Under the pieces are notes generated by a model. The model was not told the origin of the DNA and did not search any database. It saw only the letters and a program-made list of their open reading frames with translations. A stretch of 24,561 nt of DNA from assembly GCA_034667565.1 (NCBI GenBank), contig JAXDJQ010000084.1, positions 1-24,561 of the forward strand. The letters are read 5' to 3'. Below, one piece after another: positions 14,351 to 23,100 of the stretch. Source of the stretch: Actinomycetota bacterium. Lineage in GTDB: Bacteria; Actinomycetota; CADDZG01; WHSQ01. Every line of letters starts with the position of its first letter. Position 1 is the first letter of the stretch. A program made the translations under genes and the position numbers.

Positions 14351-17300
14351 TTAGGCGGTTGCGAGAGCTTCCGGGCCCAGAACCGTTTTCAGCTCCGCAT
14401 AGAGGCCGTTGCGGGTGTCGACGGCGTACTGGCTCCCCAATCGCAAGACCGTTGTCTTCTGGCCTGCGGCCAGGTGCAGGAAGACCTGGGTGCTCCCCGG
14501 GTGGGACGCCAGGATCTCTTTGAGGGAGTCGACGACCTTCCCGGTGCAGCCGTCGGCGGACAGGTTGATGACGAGAGGTAGCTCGTCGCCGAGGTTCGGC
14601 TCCCGGATCTCTAATGCCATGAACTTCACGCTGTCGTCGCGGGCGTCGCGATCCACGCGGCCCTTGATCAACAGGATGGCATCGGGGCGCAGCATCGCGG
14701 CGAACTGCTCGTAGGTGCGAGCGAACACGATCACCTCGACGCTTCCACCAGAGAGATCTTCGAACTGGAGCAAGACCATGATGTCCCCGCGCCGGGTCAT
14801 CTTCTTCTGGAAGCCGGCCACGATGCCGCCAACGGTGTAGCAATCGCCGGGTTGCTTGTCGCCGAGCGCTGCGATCGAGCAATCACACATCCGGGACAGC
14901 AACCCCTCGACGCCGAGCAACGGGTGATCGGAGACATAAAGGCCGAGAGCTTCTTTCTCTTTCACGAGGAGCACCTCTTTGGGATGTTCCTCTAGGGAGA
15001 TCGGTGTCTCGTGGGTCATCGCCTCGTCGCCGTTGGTGCTGAACAGGTCGAACTGGCCGTGCTCGCGCATCTTGCGCTGTTCGATCACCTCTGCACAGAT
15101 GACTTCGAATGTCTCCTCGAGACCTTTGCGGGTGTGACCCACCGACTCGAAGGCACCGGCAAGGACGAGGGACTCGACGGTTTTCTTATTGAGACACGTG
15201 TAGTCGACGCGCTGACAGAAGTCGTAGAAGGACACGAACGGCCCCCCCGACTTGCGCGCATCGACGATCTTCTGCACCACGTTCTCTCCTACACCGCGGA
15301 TGGCGGACAGTCCGAAGCGAACGGAGCCCTCAACCGGCGTGAAGTCGATCTCGGATGTGTTGACGTCCGGGATGAGCACGGAGATCCCCATCTTGCGCGC
15401 GACGTGCAGGTAGAACGGCTTCGCATCCTTGTTGTCCTTGACCGAAGTGAGCAGGGCCGCCATGTACTCGACGGGGTGATGGGCCTTGAGCCACGCCGTT
15501 TGGTAGGCGATGTAGGCGTAGCAGGCTGCATGGGCGCGGTTGAAGGAGTAGTCGGCGAACCGCTCGATCAAGCCCCACAGGTGTTGTGCCTCGGCCTCGG
15601 TAAGACCCCCCTTGGCGCATCCCTCGACGAAGCGAGGCTTCTCCGCTGCCATGATGCTCCGGTCCTTCTTCCCGATCGCCTTGCGGATCAGATCGGCCTG
15701 ACCGGGCGTGTATCCGGCAACCTTCTGCAGGGTCTGGACGATCTGCTCCTGGAAGACCAGGACACCGAAAGTCTCGGTCGTGAGCTCCTCGAGCTCGGGG
15801 TGCAGGTAGGAGACCTTCGTCGGGTCGTGCATGCGCTCGATGTAGGTCGGGATCTGATCCATCGGGCCGGGGCGGTAGAGAGCGACCATCGCCATGATGT
15901 GCTCGAAGCGGTTCGGCTTCAGCAGCTTCAGGTAACGGCGCATCCCTTCGGACTCGAGCTGGAACACACCGTCGGTGTCCCCTCGGGACAACATCTCGTA
16001 GACCTTGGGATCGGCGAAGTCGAGGTTGTCGACGTCGATCTCCTCGCCCTTGTTCGCCCTCACGTAATCCTTGGTGAGATCGATGACTGTGAGGTTGCGT
16101 AGGCCGAGGAAGTCCATCTTCAGAAGGCCGAGCTCCTCGACGCCCTTCATGTCGTACTGGGTCACGACCTCGCCGTGGTCACCGCGTCTAAGGGGGAGAT
16201 GTTCGACAAGTGGATCTCGACCGATCACGACACCTGCGGCATGGATACCTGCCGATCGTTTGAGGTTCTCGATCTTCAGAGCCGTATCGATGATCTCTTT
16301 CGCGGCCCCCCCACCCTTGTAGGCGTCGCGCAGGTCGGGGCTTGCCTCGAGTGCGTTCTGCAATCCCGCGTCCCGTCCCATGATGAGAGCGGGGTACATC
16401 TTGCAGAGACGATCCCCTTCCTGGTAAGGGAAGCCGAGCACGCGCGCAGCGTCCTTTATCGCCTGCTTCCCCTTGATCGTGCCGTAGGTGACGATCTGAG
16501 CGACGCGGTCTTCGCCGTACTTCTCCTGCACATAACGGATCACATCACCGCGCCTGCGGTCGTCGAAGTCGATGTCGATGTCGGGCATTGCGATGCACTC
16601 GGGGTTCAGGAAGCGCTCGAACATGAGGTCGTAGCGAAGTGGGTCGAGCTCCGTGATGCCGAGGGCGTACGACACGATCGAGCCGGCCGCGCTCCCCCGG
16701 CCGGGTCCGACGCGGATGCCGTTGTTCTTCGCCCAGTTGACGAAGTCCTGAACGACGAGGAAGTAGCCCGGGAACTTCATGTCCTGGATCACGCGGAGCT
16801 CGTACGCGGCCCGCTCTTTCACTTCCTGGGTCACGTTCTCGTAGCGGCGACGGAGACCGTCGAACACGAGCTCCTGTAGGTACCCGTCCAAGGTTTGGCC
16901 CTGCGGCACCTTGAAGTCAGGAAGGATGTTGTTCTTCAGGCTCAGCTCGACGTTGCATCGTTCCGCGACCTCCAAGGTGTTCTCACATGCTCCCGGCCAG
17001 CGGGCGAACTTGGCCTGCATCTCCTCGGGGGTCTTCAGGTAGAACTCGTCGGAATCGAACTTGAACCGGTTGGGGTCGGACAACTCGCTCCCGGTGTTGA
17101 TGCACAGGAGGACCTCGTGCGCGGATGCGTCCTCCTTATGCGTGTAGTGGGAGTCGTTAGTCGCTACCCACGAGATGCCCATCTCCTGACCGATCTTGAC
17201 GAGCTCGTCGTTGAGGGGCTTCTGGGCCGGGATGCCGTGGTCCTGTAGCTCGAGGTAGAAGCGGTCACCGAACAGCTCCCGGTACTTCGCAACCATCCGC

Positions 17301-17770
17301 CGGGCCCCGGCAACGTCGCCGGCGACGATGAGCTTCGGTATCTCCGCCGAGAGACACCCTGAGAGGCAGATGATCCCTTCCGAGTACTCGGTCAGGAGCT
17401 CCCAGTCCGAGCGGGGGTAGTAATGGAAACCCTCGAGCCACGCCTTTGAAGAGATCTTGCCGAGGTTCTTGTAGCCCAGGTTGGTGGCGGCCAGCAGCGT
17501 GAGGTGGAACGTCTTCTCGCCGTTCTCCTTCTGGGGCGGCTTGAGCCTGCGGTCACCTCCGAAGAGGTAGCCCTCCATCCCGAGGATCGGCTTGACACCC
17601 GCCTTCGTTCCCGACTTCCAGAAATCGAGGGCCCCGTACATGACCCCGTGGTCGGTTATGGCACAGGCGGGCATACCGGCGTCGGCAGCGGCCTCGAACA
17701 TCTCGCCGACGCGGCTGGCGCCGTCGAGCATCGAGTATTCGGTATGTGCATGCAGATGAACGAAGCTCAA
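14351..17770 (-). CDS. dnaE: DNA polymerase III alpha subunit (replicative DnaE1 type)
   Basis: PHP domain FVHLHAHTEYSMLDG; GRGSAAGS; MPDIDIDF; GLLKMDFLG; FNRAH; clamp-binding motif QFDLF; OB fold and C-terminal domain; TTG start. No intein at the FADYSFN site. Confidence 0.98.
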   Translation of the reverse strand: MSFVHLHAHTEYSMLDGASRVGEMFEAAADAGMPACAITDHGVMYGALDFWKSGTKAGVKPILGMEGYLFGGDRRLKPPQKENGEKTFHLTLLAATNLGYKNLGKISSKAWLEGFHYYPRSDWELLTEYSEGIICLSGCLSAEIPKLIVAGDVAGARRMVAKYRELFGDRFYLELQDHGIPAQKPLNDELVKIGQEMGISWVATNDSHYTHKEDASAHEVLLCINTGSELSDPNRFKFDSDEFYLKTPEEMQAKFARWPGACENTLEVAERCNVELSLKNNILPDFKVPQGQTLDGYLQELVFDGLRRRYENVTQEVKERAAYELRVIQDMKFPGYFLVVQDFVNWAKNNGIRVGPGRGSAAGSIVSYALGITELDPLRYDLMFERFLNPECIAMPDIDIDFDDRRRGDVIRYVQEKYGEDRVAQIVTYGTIKGKQAIKDAARVLGFPYQEGDRLCKMYPALIMGRDAGLQNALEASPDLRDAYKGGGAAKEIIDTALKIENLKRSAGIHAAGVVIGRDPLVEHLPLRRGDHGEVVTQYDMKGVEELGLLKMDFLGLRNLTVIDLTKDYVRANKGEEIDVDNLDFADPKVYEMLSRGDTDGVFQLESEGMRRYLKLLKPNRFEHIMAMVALYRPGPMDQIPTYIERMHDPTKVSYLHPELEELTTETFGVLVFQEQIVQTLQKVAGYTPGQADLIRKAIGKKDRSIMAAEKPRFVEGCAKGGLTEAEAQHLWGLIERFADYSFNRAHAACYAYIAYQTAWLKAHHPVEYMAALLTSVKDNKDAKPFYLHVARKMGISVLIPDVNTSEIDFTPVEGSVRFGLSAIRGVGENVVQKIVDARKSGGPFVSFYDFCQRVDYTCLNKKTVESLVLAGAFESVGHTRKGLEETFEVICAEVIEQRKMREHGQFDLFSTNGDEAMTHETPISLEEHPKEVLLVKEKEALGLYVSDHPLLGVEGLLSRMCDCSIAALGDKQPGDCYTVGGIVAGFQKKMTRRGDIMVLLQFEDLSGGSVEVIVFARTYEQFAAMLRPDAILLIKGRVDRDARDDSVKFMALEIREPNLGDELPLVINLSADGCTGKVVDSLKEILASHPGSTQVFLHLAAGQKTTVLRLGSQYAVDTRNGLYAELKTVLGPEALATA

Positions 17771-17804
17771 GTCAGTTTTCCCACCCGGAGAGTTGAATCA
17801 CAGA

Positions 17805-17833
17805 GTTGTAACTCAATATCGCGCCCACCTCAA
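17805..17833 (-). promoter_or_regulatory. Putative sigma-A-type promoter for dnaE (-35 TTGAGG, 17 bp, -10 TACAAC)
   Basis: The 17-bp spacing is correct, and each hexamer matches 4/6 of consensus. The conserved final T of the -10 is missing. Confidence 0.35.
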
Positions 17834-17912
17834 TAGGTCGGCGGCAATCGGCCGGAAATGCTCAGAAATAGCCTCTGACCTGCATAGATAGCCTAGAGGC
17901 ATGCGCATCCGG

Positions 17913-17936
17913 CAACAGTGACCTCAAGCACTGTTG
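17913..17936. other. Perfect 8-bp inverted repeat downstream of rluD (hairpin; terminator or processing site)
   Basis: CAACAGTG-acctcaag-CACTGTTG, with no clear U tract. Confidence 0.55.
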
Positions 17937-17961
17937 GCTCGCCAGGCCACAACCCTGTGGG

Positions 17962-18879
17962 TTACCTGGGGATGGCTAGACCTGCCCTATCCAAGGCCTC
18001 GATGAGGTCGGCCGGGAGGGGGTCCGAGACCTCGATGGGGCGTTCGTCGTCGGGGTGCGGGAACGCCAGTCGCCAGGCATGGAGGAAGGGCCGATCGAGC
18101 CCCAGGCCCTTGGACGCGTCCGAAACTCCCCCATAGGTCCGATCGCCCATCACCGGATGACCGAGCTCCCTCAGGTGAACACGGATCTGGTGGGTTCTCC
18201 CGGTCTCAAGGGTCACCTCCAGCAGGGATAGTTCGGAGCCCGCCTCGAGGAGTTGGTAGTGGGTGACGGACGGCCGCCCGCCCGACACGACCGCCATCTG
18301 CTGTCGTTTCGTGGGATGGCGCCCGATCGGAGCGTCGACGGTCCCACTCGGCGAACCCGGGACCCCCCGGACCAGAGCGAGGTATCGGCGGGAGATCTTC
18401 CGCGCCCGCAGAGCATCGACGAGGAAGGCTTGCGCTCCGTCATCCTTTGCTACGAGCAGAAGACCCGAGGTGTCTTTGTCCAAGCGATGCACGATCCCAG
18501 GCCTTGTTGAGCCTGCCGCGGCCAGTGGCTCCCCCATGTTCAACAGCGCATTCACCAAGGTCCCGGTGTGGTGGCCGGCTGCCGGATGGGTAACGAGTCC
18601 AGCCGGCTTGGAGACAACGATCACTCGCTCATCTCGGTAGCGAACGACGATCGGGATGTCTTCCGCCACGGGGGCCGCGAACATGGGTTCCGGCACCTCC
18701 CCCTCGACGAGATCGTCCCGCTCCAGTCGGTAACTTGCACGAACCGATTCGCCGCCGACCTTCACGTCGCCGTTCTTCAAGGCGCGCTGTGCGAGCGTCC
18801 GGGTGACGTTCCCGCGCTCCGCGAGCACGACGTCGATCCTGCGTCCAACGTCACGTTCGTCGACCGTGAACGAGATCAC
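17962..18879 (-). CDS. rluD: RluA/RluD family 23S rRNA pseudouridine synthase with N-terminal S4 domain
   Basis: RIDVVLA (S4), KPAGLVTHP, HRLDKDTSG (catalytic Asp), TGRTHQIRVH and FLHA; GTGA overlap with lspA. Confidence 0.93.
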   Translation of the reverse strand: MISFTVDERDVGRRIDVVLAERGNVTRTLAQRALKNGDVKVGGESVRASYRLERDDLVEGEVPEPMFAAPVAEDIPIVVRYRDERVIVVSKPAGLVTHPAAGHHTGTLVNALLNMGEPLAAAGSTRPGIVHRLDKDTSGLLLVAKDDGAQAFLVDALRARKISRRYLALVRGVPGSPSGTVDAPIGRHPTKRQQMAVVSGGRPSVTHYQLLEAGSELSLLEVTLETGRTHQIRVHLRELGHPVMGDRTYGGVSDASKGLGLDRPFLHAWRLAFPHPDDERPIEVSDPLPADLIEALDRAGLAIPR

Positions 18880-19349
18880 GCGGTGTTCCTCTCGCTTCTA
18901 AGCGTCACGATGAACAGGAGAACAACCCCTATGCAGATCGCGGAGTCCGCGACGTTGAAAACCGGCCACACATGGAGGTCGATGAAATCCACGACCTTGC
19001 CCCCCGTGTCGCGGAACAAGCGATCGAAAACGTTGCCCAACCCCCCTCCGAGGACGAGGCCGAGGGGGATCAAGTGAGCGGTTCCTTCGAGCCTGTGTGC
19101 CCACACCAAGATGAAACCGGCCACTAGGAGGGTCGCGATAAGGAAGAAGCCGGGGATGCCCTGCATCAACCCGAACGCTCCCCCGGGATTGAGATGGAGA
19201 TTGAGGGTCAAGACCCCGTCGATCACGTCTACCGGGCCAAAGGCAAGGTTGTCAAGAGCGAGTTGTTTCGTGAGCTGATCGACGATCACAACCAGAACGG
19301 CCACTAGGACCAGCAGTCCATACCTTCTGTTAACGGGCGCGTTCCTCAC
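18876..19349 (-). CDS. lspA: Lipoprotein signal peptidase II
   Basis: DQLTK, NPGGAFG, GNVFDRL, VVDFI and WPVFNVADSAI. GTG 19349 overlaps the end of the dksA-like gene and is preferred over 19469. Confidence 0.94.
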   Translation of the reverse strand: MRNAPVNRRYGLLVLVAVLVVIVDQLTKQLALDNLAFGPVDVIDGVLTLNLHLNPGGAFGLMQGIPGFFLIATLLVAGFILVWAHRLEGTAHLIPLGLVLGGGLGNVFDRLFRDTGGKVVDFIDLHVWPVFNVADSAICIGVVLLFIVTLRSERNTA

Positions 19350-20094
19350 GACGTTTGCAGTCCAGGCACAGGGAGGCGTGAGGCAGCTCGCGCAAGCGCG
19401 TGGCGTCGATGGGGTTCCCACATCGTTCGCAGGTCCCGTAGTTGCCGTCGTCGATCCGTTGAACCGCACGAGTGACTTGATCGATCAGGTCTCGGATGTT
19501 GTTGCGGATCGAGAGGTCACGCTCGCGCTCGAAGGTTGCCGTCCCAGCGTCGGCGAAGTCCTCATCGATCCCTACCTCGCCCGTGATGTCTGACTGGGTG
19601 GAGTCGAAGGACGCCTCCTCGATCTCCCGCTGCCGGTCGGTCAGCTCAGACTTCTTCTCCTCGAGATTCGCTCGGATCTTCTTGAGCTGGTCGGGCGTGA
19701 ACTTGGCGGCTTTGATCTTCTTCTTGGGTGGCGCGGGGGGAGCCGGCCTCGTGACCGGCTTCTTGGTGAGTGGCTTCGCTTTCGAGGCCGCTGGGGTAGC
19801 AGCCTTGGGAGCGGATGTCTTTGGAGCGGATGTCTTGGCCGGCGACGACGGTTTGGCGGCCGCCTTCTTCGCGGTCACTTTCTTTGCAGGCGGCTTCTTA
19901 GCAGCGGTCTTCTTCGGTGCCGCAGCCGTCTTACGCGGGGTTGCCTTCTTCGCGGCGGTCTTCTTGACGGCCTTAGCGGTCTTGCGCGCGGGAGTCTTCT
20001 TGGCGGTTTTCTTGGGAGCGGCCTTGGCGGTCGTCTTCTTCGCCTTAGACGAGGCGCCGGACCGGGCCGATGTGGCCTTCCTAGCCGGGCTCAT
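19330..20094 (-). CDS. DksA/TraR C4 zinc-finger protein with N-terminal Lys/Ala/Pro-rich histone-like region (DdbA-like)
   Basis: Roughly 125 aa of KKTA/AAKK/PAKK repeats, then a coiled coil with DFADAG, CERCGNPI and CLDCK. ATG 20094 has TGcTATCGT upstream. Confidence 0.9.
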   Translation of the reverse strand: MSPARKATSARSGASSKAKKTTAKAAPKKTAKKTPARKTAKAVKKTAAKKATPRKTAAAPKKTAAKKPPAKKVTAKKAAAKPSSPAKTSAPKTSAPKAATPAASKAKPLTKKPVTRPAPPAPPKKKIKAAKFTPDQLKKIRANLEEKKSELTDRQREIEEASFDSTQSDITGEVGIDEDFADAGTATFERERDLSIRNNIRDLIDQVTRAVQRIDDGNYGTCERCGNPIDATRLRELPHASLCLDCKRREERAR

Positions 20095-20103
20095 GGCTGC
20101 GGG

Positions 20104-20112
20104 ACGATAGCA
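20104..20112 (-). promoter_or_regulatory. Putative extended -10 (TGcTATCGT) for dksA-like/lspA/rluD
   Basis: TGn plus TAnnnT, 9 nt before ATG 20094. Confidence 0.5.
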
Positions 20113-20167
20113 CACCGCCTCGCACCGACCCCACCCTTGAAGGGCGGGTTGAGCCATCCCCGGCGGC

Positions 20168-20173
20168 TACTCT
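20168..20173 (+). promoter_or_regulatory. Putative -10 (TACTCT) for leaderless ileS
   Basis: TAnnnT 7 nt before ATG 20181; no SD. Confidence 0.55.
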
Positions 20174-20180
20174 TTCGCCC

Positions 20181-23100
20181 ATGTCGGAGCGTCTCTATTC
20201 AGCGGTAGACCCGCAGGTCAACTTCCCCCTGCTCGAGACCGAGATGGCGGCCAGGTGGAAGACCGAACGCATCTTCGAACGGTCTCTCGAACAGCGTGAG
20301 GGAGCGTCCGAATGGGTGTTCTACGAGGGTCCTCCCACTGCCAATAACAAGCCGGGCGTCCACCACGTGGAGGCACGGGTCTTCAAGGACATCTTCTGTC
20401 GCTACCAGACGATGAAGGGTCACTACGTGTCCCGTAAGGCGGGCTGGGATTGCCACGGGCTGCCCGTCGAGGTCGAGGTCGAGAAGGAGCTCGGCATCAC
20501 CAACAAACGCCAGATCGAGGATGAGATCGGCATCGAGGCCTTCATCGAGAAGTGCCGCGAGTCGGTGCAACGCTACGTCGGCGAATGGGCGCCATTCACC
20601 GACCGGATCGGGTTCTGGGTCGACCTTGACGACGCCTACTGGACGATGAACCCAAGCTTCATCGAGACGGTCTGGTGGTTGTTGAAACAGATCTGGGACA
20701 AGGGCCTTCTCGAAGAGGACTTCAAGGTCGTTCCCTACTGCCCGCGCTGCGAGACGTCCCTCTCCAACCACGAGCAGCATCAGACCGACGCCTACCAAAC
20801 CGTCTCGGACCCCTCCGCATACGTCCGGTTCCCACTGGCGGCCGATCCGGACACGTCGCTTCTCGTGTGGACCACCACTCCGTGGACCTTGCTGGCCAAC
20901 ATGGCTGCCGCGGTGCACGAGAACATCGTCTACTCCAAGGTCGTAGATCCCCAGTTGCCAGGCAAGCATCTGATCGTCGCGCGCGAGCGGATCGAGCATC
21001 TCTTCGGTGAGGACGCAGTGATCGTCACGGACATCCCTGGGACCGAGCTGCTCGGCATGAAGTACACGCCGCCGTTCGATTTCGTCGGTGATACCGACGT
21101 CGCACACACCGTCCGACCCGGAGAGTTCGTCACTACCGAAGATGGAACGGGGATCGTGCACCTCGCCCCGTACGGCGAAGATGACATGGCAGTCGGGAAA
21201 CGGGACGCTCTCCCGATCACGCACATGATCGCCAGCAATGGTCACGTGGTCGAAGAGGGCGGCGAGTTCGCCGGACTGTGGATCAAGGATGCCGACCCGA
21301 GGATCATCGAGAACCTCAGAAGCCGCCAATTACTGTGGAAGGCGGAGGTCTACAGTCACAGCTACCCCCATTGCTGGCGATGCAAGACCCCGCTCCTCTA
21401 CTACCCGCGCAAGGACTGGTACATCCGCACCTCACAGATCCGCGATCAGCTGCAGAAGTCAAACGAAGAGACGAACTGGCAACCGCCGACCATCAAGTAC
21501 GGGAGGTTCGGTGACTGGCTGGCGAACAACGTTGACTGGTCACTCTCGCGCGACCGCTACTGGGGAACCCCCTTACCGATCTGGCGTTGCGCGAACGACC
21601 ATGCGACATGCGTCGGTTCTTTCGGGGAGCTCTCCGAGCTAGCCGGACGAGACATCACCGGGATCGACCCTCATCGCCCCTACATCGACGAGGTCAAGAT
21701 CACTTGTCCCGAGTGCGGCGACCAAGCCGACCGCGTCCTGAGTGTTATCGACACCTGGTTCGACGCCGGATCCATGCCGTTCGGTCAATGGCACTACCCC
21801 TTCGAGAATGAAGACATCTTCGACAAACGGTATCCAGCCGACTTCATCTCCGAGGCGATCGACCAGACGCGCGGGTGGTTCTACACACTGCTTGCGATAT
21901 CGACACTCGTACGAGGCCACAACTCGTTCCGCAATGTCGTATGCCTCGGTCACATCGTCGACACCGATGGGAAGAAGATGTCCAAATCGCTCGGCAATGT
22001 GATCGACCCATGGACGATCCTGAACGCCCAGGGTGCGGACCCTCTCCGGTGGTACATGTTGACCGGCGGCACGCCGTGGTCGTCACGCCGCCTTTCGGTG
22101 GAGATCGTCCAAGAGACGCTCCGCAAGTACCTGCTTACTTTGTGGAACACGTACTCCTTCTGGGTCACGTACGCGTCTCTCGAAGGCTTTAACCCAGGGT
22201 CCGACGACGTCCCGCTCTCGGAGCGATCCGAGATGGACCGCTGGATCCTCGCCGAGCTCGACTCCTGCGTCCGGGAGACGACGGCAGGGCTCGACGAGTT
22301 CGACCCCACGCGGGGAGGGAAGAAGCTCGATCGCTTCGTCGACGACCTCTCCAACTGGTACGTGCGAAGGTCTCGGCGGCGTTTCTGGAAATCGGGCGTC
22401 GATGCCGACACGAGAGCCGCGTTCCGAACCTTGTGGGAATGCCTCGTCACCGTCGCGCAGCTGAGCGCGCCCTACACACCCCACATATCCGACGTCATCT
22501 ATCGGAACCTGACCGGTCCGCTATCCGATGCGCCGGACTCCGTGCACCTTGCAGACTGGCCCACCCCGGACGACCATCTGGTCGACGACGGGTTGCGCAG
22601 GAGCATGGAGGTTGTGCGCCAGCTGGTGACCTTGGGCCGGTCGGCCCGAACAGACGCGAAGGTGCGTGTACGCCAGCCCCTGGCTCGGGCCCTTGTCGTG
22701 ATCCCTACGACCGATGTCGACTCGCTGAAAGCCCTCGAGGATCTCGTAGCGGAGGAGCTGAACGTCAAGCACATCGAGGTCGTGTCGGGTCTTGCCGACC
22801 TCGTGACCTATTCGGTGAAACCGAACTTCAAAGCACTTGGCCCTCGCTTCGGTGCTCAAGTGAAAGAGGTAGCGAAGGCACTCGCAGCTACTGATGCGCG
22901 AGCGATCGTGGAGTCGATCGAGGGCTCGGGCTCCGCGACGATCACCCTTGCCGGCGACCAGGTGGACCTATCCCGGGAAGAGCTCGATATCCGTATCGAG
23001 GGACGCGAGGGTTTCTCACTGGTCCAGGAAGGTGCCTACGGGGTTGCACTGGATCTCGAGGTCAACGACGAGCTCCGCGCTGAAGGGATAGCGCGGGAGG

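Noticed and set aside
14085-14882. 265-aa ORF as a single protein
   Set aside because: The N-terminal ~188 aa overlap dnaE in another frame and are Arg/Pro/Gly noise. Only the last 77 aa look coding.
15011-16879. Long + strand ORFs (363 aa and 234 aa) within dnaE, and an intein in DnaE
   Set aside because: They are antisense shadows. DnaE is continuous at the usual intein site (FADYSFNRAH) and of normal length.
17811-17826. NrdR box upstream of dnaE (ACTCAATAT...)
   Set aside because: Only the left half resembles the consensus, and there is no tandem second box.
19700-20090. Repetitive DNA (ttcttc/gcggc units) as a CRISPR array or tandem repeat element
   Set aside because: The repeats are the codons of the Lys/Ala-rich protein tail, and there is no repeat-spacer structure.
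20199-21329. 376-aa minus-strand ORF within ileS
   Set aside because: Antisense shadow of a strongly supported gene, with no domain motifs.
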